This document shows, in pieces, positions 26,646 through 37,100 of a stretch of 64,000 nucleotides of DNA. Numbering within the stretch: position 1 is the stretch's first letter; each line of letters opens with the position of its first letter. Source of the stretch: Setoptus koraiensis (lineage: Eukaryota; Animalia; Arthropoda). The notes beneath the pieces are model-generated. The model was not told where the DNA came from, made no database searches, and saw only the letters and a list, made by a program, of their open reading frames with translations. The position numbers and the translations under genes are program-made. Location: contig CM106586.1 of NCBI GenBank assembly GCA_048013815.1, positions 22,568,001 to 22,632,000 of the forward strand, given 5' to 3'.

Positions 26646-29056
26646 TATTTTGATGATGATCTGTGTAGTATTGTCCTAGTAAATGTGCGAATGAGTAGAT
26701 CAAGCTAGATGGACAGTCAAAATGGATATAAAATTGTATAGTCGGTGGCACGGGCAGATATACTGCTAATGTGAATGTATCATGTGTTATTGTGTCGTTT
26801 TCAGTTAGGGATTCCTGTTTTGAATTTTGTTATGTGATTGCCGAAGAGGAGAGATGTCTGTTGTTCTTTGAGCCTTCTATTCGGATACTCTGTCATCTAC
26901 AGCGAAGACCTTTTTAGCTGGCTTCTTCCTGCTAATGTTTTCCTCAGCTACTCTGGCTGCGTTCGTTTTCTTTCCCTTTTCCTTTCCTTCTTCTCCTTGT
27001 TCTCCGTTCGCTGATGCCGAGTTTTGCTGTATGTTGTAACTAACTAACTTGCTGGAATAAAGTGATAGTGAGCTAAAGATGTGTTACACTTCACTTTGTC
27101 ATTGCATGATGATGATTGACTCAAATTCTCGACTATCAGCAACTTTGTTGAGCTTGAGATTGCATTAAGCCTGTGCGGTGACTCACGGAGCGTGTCTGAC
27201 GAGAGTTAAAATATATTTGTGTGCTTTGGTGTGCATCGGTGCAGCGATGGAATATCTTTGATTAATAATGTATTTCCACGATTCTTGATTGTAGTCGATG
27301 ATGATGATGATGTGGAGCAAACAAATAAATAAATGTGTCGTTGTTGTTTGTGTAATTAATTGCGTACATACGTGTATTGCTGTTGCGTCGATATCAATTA
27401 TATTATTATTATTATTATTATATAAATATATCAAATATACGTTATTTCCAATGTACAAAAATTAGTGTGGAGTAGCTGAATAGTGGTGGTCGCCGCAGCT
27501 CAACTTTTAAATGTCGAATGTTCGACGAGTTCGCATTATCGCGCTAGCGACGAATTGTTGTCATGTGTAGCAGCAATGCAGTTGCAACGAAAAGCACGCT
27601 CTCTTTCTCAAACATTCGACATTTCCACTGGCTCCTTACTTCACAACTTTGTGTCCCCTCGTAATTGCACTCGCTCTCTCTGTGTCTGTGTGCGTGTGTG
27701 TGCTGTGGCAAAATAGTTCGATTTGTCGGGTCTGTTTCTCTCTAGGGACACTCAACTCTCACTCGCAACGAGTTACAGTTCGCCCCCCTCGCTCTCTCTG
27801 TCTCATATAGTTCGATTGTTATGCGCTGTGTCTGCCTACCGTACATCTGTTGTAAAGCACACTGTTATACCATACATAGAGTTTGAGAGCCGCTGTGTCT
27901 GTGTGTGCGCTCATGACGAAATGGTGCAAGTTCTATTCCAGTACCACCGTTCTATAAATACACACTATTTTTCTCATTCAGCTGCTCAGCTTCTCCAGAT
28001 TGGGCTCCAATGAAATCGAATTACGCACAGACACGCGCGCGCGCGTTGGTTCGTTAAGTTGGCTGGTCGTTCGTCCGTTAGTTCGTTGCTGCTGTTCGCT
28101 ATTATAGTGGCATAACTCGACCACCATGAGGCTCTCTCATTCTACTCTGCACATCTCACTCGCTTTCTCGCTTCTGATTCTCTGTTTACTTCTATCATAT
28201 AAGTTCTATGGCGGTTATTGCATCACACACCTCGTGTAGCCATTGCATGCGCTAACACATCAACTATGCGTATAAATAGTCATCGGTCCTCCCATAGCCC
28301 TCGCTGCCCACCAGGCCACACCGTTCCGTTCCGTCCCCCCCTCCCTCTCTGTCTCTCTCGCTCACCAAATTAGTGGAGCGTACTCAACTGGATGCGCGGC
28401 GGACGCGCCGCCTACATATGGAACTAATCTTGTTCTTGCCCTCTCTCTCCCCTTCAGCAGTGGGCTTGTTATATTAGGCAATAAAAGCTGTTGTTGCCGT
28501 TCGATGAAAATCGAATGGAAACAAAGAGTCGACCGCCTATCACAACTTGTGATTCACAACTTGCGATTCACAAGGGCTGCCTTACATGCAACTTGCTGCA
28601 GCCACCGTGTATATTTGAGAGTGTGAGCTGGGCAGTATCTGATATCCGGTAGTTATCGAATGCCGACACCCCGAAAGCTGTCTATCCCACCACTTCCAAC
28701 CCGTCAGTCAGAAAAATTAAGCGTGGGTTTCATTAAGATGAGTGCATCTTTACACCTAGTCGCGGGCCATGGAATGAGGTGGGTGATTCAATAAAGTAAT
28801 TAACAAGAATCATGTTCGTTCGTTTAACATCTCGAAGTTGAGAAGCGACCAAATAGCGCTCATCTCGTTGGCTGGCCAACAGTGAACCGTAGTAACAATA
28901 GATGGCGCACTCCGAAACAGTCACATGTCAGATGTTTGTCTCACAAGTCACTATGAGCCATGTGCGGTTTCTCATTGTTGTTTGTACCATTGGACTATAT
29001 TATTGTTGTCTAGACGGATAAATATTTGTAAATTTATTATTATTGCACATCTTATT

Positions 29057-30760
29057 ATGTTGGCTCGTAATTTTGTCGGGTGCCTGGTGCGAAAGTGTCA
29101 CCCACTTCTCAGGCATGAGATACGCTCATCCAAACACTCGATTTGGCCAGAACCGGTCACTCTGCCAACGATAACTGAATTTCTTGACGAGATTAATTAC
29201 TATGAGGAGCCAAGGAAATTCATCGACATAGGAGCCAAAAGGTCTACCTTAGATGGAGAGAAGACTGCTCAACCAACTGGAACATCTTATGTAACCGCAA
29301 AGAATGATGCCAACGAAACAACCGATTTGGATACAGTGATGCAACTGCTGGACAAAGAATACAAAACAGAAGCCCTAGATTTTGACTATGTCAATTCAGA
29401 ATGGCTATGTTCACCAGAGGGTCAGGATCAATTAGCCAGACTGGCAACACACTTTGGAATTTATCGCGATCTTTTCAGTCAATACGAAGGTCCAAAAAAG
29501 GGCCCAATAACATTCACCAAGAACCTTGCTGAAAAACTCAACCGATTTATCCCCTTCCACTGGATAACTGATTTACCATTCTCTATGGTACCTTTAACAC
29601 AGCCAGAGGAACCTTCAATGTATTACTTCACACCAATCGTTCCTCTGGTAGCTAAATTCATCCCCGACAAAGACTCAAATATTGAAGGTGAAGATATTTC
29701 GAGTCATGTAGTTTATCAAGGCAACTATATATCAGCTTGCGATGCCAACCGCAAACCATCTATAGCGCTAGACGGTCGTGTATTAACAAATGAAAAATCT
29801 ACTACCAACTGTTACCAATCATCTTGGACCAGTGGAGAAGTGCAATTGAATAACTTTTCATCCTCCTACAAAAACTATTTAAGCTTAGTCTTGCTCAATC
29901 TCGACACAATCTACGGAAATGATAGTATGTTACATTGGATGATTACGAATCTTCGTCCTGGAAGCGCTAATTACGATGAGATTTGTGAGTTTCTACCAGT
30001 TTACGGTATCAACGGCTTTGGTCATTCACGATATGTTTTCGTATTGTTTGAACATGGCGAAAAGCTAGATAAAGCAAAAATCAAAGACTTTTCTGCACAA
30101 AATAGACAGTTCAATACAATGAAGTTCATGGAGGAAAACAAGGGCGTAAATCTTAAACCGGTCGGTCTAAGCTGGTTTCAAACTAAATGGGATCTCTCAT
30201 CAAATGCCGTATTTCAAGATTATTTAAAAATGCGAGTGCCTCAATATGAACACGTTATTACGAAGAAAGATGTTACTCCAGACAGGGCCTATCCCGGACG
30301 TGTGCCTTTCAATATATATCTAGACTACCACAGAGATAAAAAAGACATAAATAAACAAGTACTGTTGGAGAGGCTTAAAAATGTGGATCCATTCAATTAC
30401 AAAGATCAGTACCTGCCACCCAAGATCCCAGCCGATATTCACAGAGAAAATGTGCCTGACTGGATGAAGATGACAGTTTGGAAGAAGAACAATAAGTTGG
30501 GATATTGGCGAGGTTTGAGGCCAGCGTCCGCCCTTCTGCCTCTGAACAACAATGCCGATCTCGATCAACCATGTCGCCCCTTGCCTCCGCCCAGTCGAGT
30601 ACCATTTTTGAGGCCCAACCCCTACCCCGGAGGACCTAAAATAAAAGCATCGAAGAACTTGCCTCACAATCAACCAGGCGCCCGCGAACAATCCTCTGTA
30701 TATATAGTGCGAGGTCACGAAAATCATTTGTCGGAAACCGAGAGAAAAGAGTTAGAATAA
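29057..30760 (+). CDS. mRpL38: Mitochondrial ribosomal protein L38 (PEBP fold), ~567 aa from ATG 29057
   Basis: Presequence-like start MLARNFVGCLVRK. LATHFGIYRDLF, PEBP core LHWMITNL...FGHSRYVFVLFEH...GLSWFQTKWD, and YPGRVPFNIYLDYHRD. Confidence 0.85.
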   Translation: MLARNFVGCLVRKCHPLLRHEIRSSKHSIWPEPVTLPTITEFLDEINYYEEPRKFIDIGAKRSTLDGEKTAQPTGTSYVTAKNDANETTDLDTVMQLLDKEYKTEALDFDYVNSEWLCSPEGQDQLARLATHFGIYRDLFSQYEGPKKGPITFTKNLAEKLNRFIPFHWITDLPFSMVPLTQPEEPSMYYFTPIVPLVAKFIPDKDSNIEGEDISSHVVYQGNYISACDANRKPSIALDGRVLTNEKSTTNCYQSSWTSGEVQLNNFSSSYKNYLSLVLLNLDTIYGNDSMLHWMITNLRPGSANYDEICEFLPVYGINGFGHSRYVFVLFEHGEKLDKAKIKDFSAQNRQFNTMKFMEENKGVNLKPVGLSWFQTKWDLSSNAVFQDYLKMRVPQYEHVITKKDVTPDRAYPGRVPFNIYLDYHRDKKDINKQVLLERLKNVDPFNYKDQYLPPKIPADIHRENVPDWMKMTVWKKNNKLGYWRGLRPASALLPLNNNADLDQPCRPLPPPSRVPFLRPNPYPGGPKIKASKNLPHNQPGAREQSSVYIVRGHENHLSETERKELE

Positions 30761-30832
30761 AGAAGTAATTACAGTAGAGATAAACTGTTGCAACAAATTA
30801 TAACAAAACAACTTGTACTTTATTGCAGTCAG

Positions 30833-31540
30833 TCATTGCTTACGACCACGTTGTCTGACCTCTTGTAACTTATTGACGATTCGTTGAGGGCCTGGGGGCG
30901 GTCCGCATGTAGATGGGTCAATCATGGACATATATTGTTCGAATATAATATCGAACACCGTAGAATCTGGATAGTGAGTTGTGACAAGAGCCCTTTCTAG
31001 GACATACAAGTCGACAGCGCGATCTTCGGCGTTGACAGAAAAACTGGTCAATCCAAAATCAATGGGAACCACGTGATTGGGCAGATCAGAGGTACCTTCA
31101 AGTATAAGCAGATTGGACGTGGTGAGATCTCCGTGAACTATCCCTACATTGTGCAAATGTGCAACGCATTCACCGATGAGCTTGATGAGATTTTTCACTT
31201 GTGGCGATGTCTCTTGGTACGAGTTACATTCTATATAATCGTGTACAGTTTGATATCCAGTTAGCTGAGTCATGATGATGGTGTTTTCGTTTGAAGAAAC
31301 AATGGTAGGCATGTACTTTGCCAAGGGATTGTTCACTTTCAGCAATTTTTCGTACACTCGTAACTCTTTTTTCGTTCTTTCCTTGGTGATTCGTTTATCC
31401 AAAACCGGGTTGCGATACGTTTTGGTGAATCTGTGCTTGGCCACACAGTCTAAATCGTTGAGTTTGCCGAAGAAGAGCCGCGACTCAGCCCCCTGATACT
31501 TGAGGTCCCATTCGTGGATGAACTTCAAATCAGGCTTCAT
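30833..31540 (-). CDS. TP53RK: KEOPS kinase Bud32/PRPK, ~235 aa from ATG 31540
   Basis: QGAESRLF, KHRFTKTYRNPVLD, IVHGDLTTSN, IDFGL, EDRAVDLYVLERAL and C-terminal RQRGRK. Confidence 0.93.
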   Translation of the reverse strand: MKPDLKFIHEWDLKYQGAESRLFFGKLNDLDCVAKHRFTKTYRNPVLDKRITKERTKKELRVYEKLLKVNNPLAKYMPTIVSSNENTIIMTQLTGYQTVHDYIECNSYQETSPQVKNLIKLIGECVAHLHNVGIVHGDLTTSNLLILEGTSDLPNHVVPIDFGLTSFSVNAEDRAVDLYVLERALVTTHYPDSTVFDIIFEQYMSMIDPSTCGPPPGPQRIVNKLQEVRQRGRKQ

Positions 31541-33504
31541 GGTGACAATAACTATGTGTGTGTGATGGAGGGAGAAAATATGAAAATAGCCCGATGTTGT
31601 CAAATTTATCGGAGTGGTTGATGGTCACATGAGAAAACAATATGGTACCCGCATGATACACAACGCGCGCAGATGTGCATCACGGTACTTACTGGACTGG
31701 CATAAACAAGAGGACGCAGGGCACACTGGCGCACAATCACGGGAAGCGCAAATGAAACGGTGTGCGCAATTCGCAAGGTGTGGGTCGGTGTTGTTATGCC
31801 GGGACCACGCTCTTCACGGGAGTGTCGCAATGCCTTGCGCCGGGTATCAAGCAATTTGGTAGCAAGAGGCAATGCAAAGTGGACAGTGTGGCTATACTGT
31901 AAGCTGAGGCAAGGATTGACTCGGCCGACTGTCTTACGAATATCTATTCTATTGCTTCAGGGCGACGGTATTTGATGAGGTGATGCCGTGGTCGTTGGAA
32001 TTGTCCGAATAGTCTTGGTTTGGTTAGATTGATCGTTAGATCGGCGATCCGAAAAAGTAAATGAGCGTTTTGTCCAACGCATGCTAAGGCAACGCATTAG
32101 CCATCCGCAGAATGTTAGCGTCCACCCAACATTTTACATACAGAGAATAACAACAACAACAACAACAACAATATCTAGCCGGTGTATCGAACAAGATGCG
32201 GTATGCTGAGCGCGCAAACTGTGCAACTTGGTGCAAGCAGTGTGCCAGTGGTGCGTGTGTGTGCAACAACATGTCATCATTCTTTTTGTCTTTTTCATGT
32301 GTGCCACTCCATGTCAGCGTGCCATCAGCATTGTAAACTGTGTGACAGCCCTTCAATGTTTCCAGTATCTGTGCGCAAAAAATCCGCTAGGCGCGCTGGA
32401 GGTGCGCGAAAAATGCGCAACGAAGCAAGGAATGTTTCGTTAAATGTTTCGTTTTTTTCGATTGCATTCCAAAGCAAGCACTAACCACGAATATGAACCG
32501 CACGCCCTGCGTGGCTCATTGCTTGCGTGGCTATCCTTCAGACAATCACTTCACCGGCATCGATTTCACTTTTTTCGCGCCGCCTCGAGAAAGCGCCAGA
32601 GCGCCGCCCTGGCGGAAACATTCCGCACAAATTCGATGTTACGAAAATGCCGCAAATGCGCGATCACACAGCGCTACACACAGGATCGAGCACACACAAT
32701 CTGTGTTTGATCTAAATCTCTCTCATGTTGTTGTTGTTGTTGTTGTTGTTGTTGCAATTGATGTTGTTTGTGTTTAGAGTGTTCGACGGTGGAAAACGTG
32801 CAGCGCAGAAGTCAATCACTCCAATGATTCGTGCAATGTTTGCCTGATCAAACGTTCACCCTTGTGGCACATACGGCATACTAAACACAGCACTAGTGCT
32901 GCCAGCAATGAACAGTGCCACCGCTTGTACCAATGCCGGGGTGTACCGCCGCCGCTCGGTGCCGCTGCCGCCGCTGCCGGAGTGTAATGGCACTGGCAAT
33001 GCCGCCCGGCCGCAGCCGCGGCTCGTCGCCGTGTGGCACTAGTGTGCGGCTATAAACGGCAACGTGACAAGTCAGCCAGCACCAAATTCAAGCGAGTGTG
33101 CTGGGCACCGCCGCCGCCGCCGCCGCCAATGCTCGCGAGCGGGTTATGCGGCGGCTGTTGCGGGTATGCGCACGGCATGACAGTGACTTTCTTGTGTGTG
33201 TGTGTTGTTGTTGCTGCTCACTTCACTAGTGCAGCATTAGCACCAGTGCTATAGACAGCAGTCCATAGTCTTCAGCGCTGCTGCTGCTGCAGCGGCAGCC
33301 GCCGCCGCTGCAGCACTGGTGCAGACTGTAGTATGGTTGGCGCGACCAATGCATGATGTTGCACAGTTTGTGTACTCGCAGTGTGCGCACAAGGTGCTTG
33401 ATGTGCCTGACTAATATCACTCACAATATTTGGATTCTCGTAAATATCATCCTTCATTCGAACTTTTATCGACAAAACTGAGGATACGCCTGTTCATTCA
33501 ATAA

Positions 33505-34080
33505 CAATGGTTGACCACTACTATTGGACTTACCACTACTACTCTAACTATTACTTCGACTATTATTACCATCTTCATTATTATCATCTTCATCATCATA
33601 ATCGCCAACAACAACAACAACAACTGCAACAGCAGCAGCAACAACAACAACATCATCGACGACGACGACGACAACAACAACAACAGCAACAGCATCGTAA
33701 CAAGCCGCAGCAGCAGCATCACAAGCATCATCTATTAACATCATCGTCATCATCATCATTATTATTATTATTATTATAATCAATCAATATATATACAATT
33801 ATTATCACTACTACCACCAACACAACCACTATTACTATTATTACTATTATTATTATGATTACAAGACACCTGATATACTCGCTTACTACCGTGTATCAGA
33901 GTTGGTATTAACCGTTGGGAGAACAACAAAAACAACAACAACAACACAATTGCATGATCATTATTATTATATTATCATCATATCATTATCACTTGAACAA
34001 CAACATCATCATCATCACCATCGTCATCATCATTATTATTATTACCACTATTATTACTAATATTATTATCGCAACAATAT
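33505..34080. repeat. Mosaic trinucleotide microsatellite tract (CTA/TAT/CAT/CAA/CAG/GAC) upstream of InR
   Basis: Consecutive imperfect triplet runs. These explain the many homopolymeric ORFs called here. Confidence 0.9.
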
Positions 34081-34123
34081 CACAACACAGTTTAAACCTT
34101 CTCAAATGTGAAATTAAGCCACC

Positions 34124-37100
34124 ATGGCTAAATTATATCTAGCCGCACCGTTATTGGCCATCATAACGGCACTATTATCACTATCATCACAATTGTCTTC
34201 TATACAAACAGGACCACCAATTTGTGGACCATTGCACATAAGAAATGATATATCAGCATTAGCTAAATTGACCGATTGCGAAATCATCAATGGTCCACTA
34301 ACTATAGCATTGATGTCTAATCCAAGTCGTCCATATGAGCAGGCTGATTATGATAATATTACATTTCCTAAATTGCGCGAAATTACTGATTTTCTACTAT
34401 TATTTCGCGTTGAAGGATTGACCACATTGAGCAAATTATTTCCTAATCTCGCAGTTATCGGAGGCAGAGAGCTTGTGTCAAATTATGCGCTTATATTCTA
34501 TGCTAACATACATCTGCAAGAAATCAATTTACCCAATTTACATGATATATTGCGCGGTAGCGTAAGGATAGAACTTAATCCAAATCTTTGCTTCTATTCT
34601 ACTATTGACTGGGATAGAATATGCAAAAAGAAATATGTTCCACATTTTTTTAAAGACAACAAGAACACTTGCTCGGAATATTGCTCAGAATCATGCGAGA
34701 CACACCATATGGCCACCCCTAATTGGGATGATGTATCGCCTATTGAGGGTGATGTCAAACGATTAGGCTCAAATAATGATAGATTCTGTTGGAGCAGAAA
34801 CACTTGTCAGAGGATTTGTAAGACGTGCACTAATTCGCCGTGCATGTTTGATGGACAAAAAGAAGAATGCTGCTCGCCCGAATGCGCCGGCGGTTGTTAC
34901 AAATCAAACGACAATCAAAAGTGTATATCGTGCAGATCAGTATTAGAAAAAGGCATGTGTAAAGACAAATGCAGTAAACATTTATTTGAGCATAATGGCC
35001 ACTGTCTCACGCGACAAGAATGCTACGATCTTAAAGAAACTCCAAAAGAAATAGGTTGCTCAAAAACAGCATCATCAAAACCATTTCTTACCTTTAAAGC
35101 CATAACAGGTGAAATCCACGGCAAGTGTCAAGCTACGTGTCCAGCAAATTATCAAGAAGATGAATTACACAAAAATGAATGCAAACCTTGTGATAATGGA
35201 AAATGTAGAAAAGTTTGTGCCTTAAATGATCCATACGTCGCGACTAATATCCCTTCTCTTAAGGAACTCAGTGGATGTGTCGTCATCAATGGGAGTCTTG
35301 AGTTATCTTTGAAAGGAGGAAAAAACGTTATTAATGAGCTGGAAATTGCTTTAAAAGATCTCGAAGAAATAACTGGCTTCCTCAAAATAACTCGCTCATC
35401 TCCTTTAGTGACTCTTGGTTTCTTAGAGAATCTCCATACAATTGGCGGCGAAAAATTAGATCGTGAGGAATACTCTTTCATCGTTGTTGACAATCCAAAC
35501 CTGCAAGAGTTATTTCTAAGAAATGACAACTCTAGCAAGAAAATAGAATTGAAGAAAGGCAAGGTATTCCTACATCTAAATCCAAAATTATGTCCTTCTA
35601 CTATTGACAAAATGAAATTGTACACTAACATCAAAGAGTGGAACAATGAAGACGTTTCACGTCACAGCAACGGAGACAAGGAAGTTTGCGTCAAAGATAA
35701 ACTGGATGTACGCTATGTCAGGAGTACCTCAAAAAATGCATTGATTAGCTTTTATAATTATGTTAACACTATGAACGACTCGAGAAAATTACTTTACTAT
35801 CTCATCAACTACCGTGAAGTCCCAGAAGGCAATGTCACGTTCTTTGATGGTCGCGATGGTTGTTTCAGTCAAAATGATCGTTGGATAACGCAGGAGGAAT
35901 CTCCAACTAAATCACCCGAAGCATATCGCACGGCCATTATTCAAATAAAGCCGGCGACCCGCTATGCCCTGTATGTAAAGACCTTCACATTAGATGCCGA
36001 ATCAAGAGGAGCAATGAGTGACATCATTTATTTTATAACATCTCCTGACACACCAGGTAGGCCAAGAAATCTGATAGTAAGATCAAGAAGTCCAAATGAT
36101 ATACACATTTACTGGTCACCACCAATCAAACCAAATGGACGCATAGATGAGTACACAATAAAAGTGACTAAAAATCCAGAACTGGAAGATCTTCAAAACG
36201 TGGATATCTGTAAATCTGTTGACGGTCGTGATAAAATTGCTAAAAGTATCACCGAGGAGGAGTCGGTTGTAAACTCTGAATATTACACTCCTCATGCAAA
36301 CGCAACAAGTGTCACTCCTCATGGCACCAATGGACAGAATTCCACTTGTACATGTGAAAACACAGTTGATAAGAATGATGCTGAAATACAACAGGAAGTG
36401 CTGACATTCCAAGATTTTGTGATCGATCTTGTTTACTGCAAAAACTTAGATCTAACAAAACCATTAAATTCATCATCCAATGAACAACGTCATCATCGAA
36501 GTGTCAGGTCGTCCCCTGTGAAAGCTTCGATTTCAATGAGCGATATAGCCGATGCTAGAGGCAACACCGACTCCTCATCTCAGTCGACTGTCACTCAAAT
36601 GGGCCACAACAACAATATTACCTCAACGATCTCTAACACGGACAATAGCGATTTGAAAGAAGACTCTGATAGTGCATCCTCATTCACAACTACCAAATTT
36701 GAGCAATCAAACGACTCTTTAACAATCGTTGTGAAGATGGACCAATATGCTTCGCTTGTAAAAGGGAAGGACTACCAGCTATATCATTCGATCACAGGTT
36801 TGCACCACTCTACTTCTTACAGCATCGAAATTAGAGCCTGTCATGCCATGTTGAAAAATCAGACAAACATCAGCAGCGCTAAAGATTCAAGTTCATATGA
36901 AAGGTGTAGTGTTCAAGAATTGACTTTAGTGCGAACTCAACCGAAACAGGGGGCCGACTCAATCAATAAGACCAGTATACTTATACAGCCCAAAAATGAG
37001 ACTTCTCCATATATTGTTCATTGGACCGAACCTACAGATCCTAATGGTTTAATTCTAGCATATTTAGTGCGGTTTCGACATACAGATTCACCCGATGACA

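Noticed and set aside
33498-34142. Poly-Q/H/I/N/L ORFs upstream of InR
   Set aside because: They are translations of microsatellites in several frames, with no coding signal.
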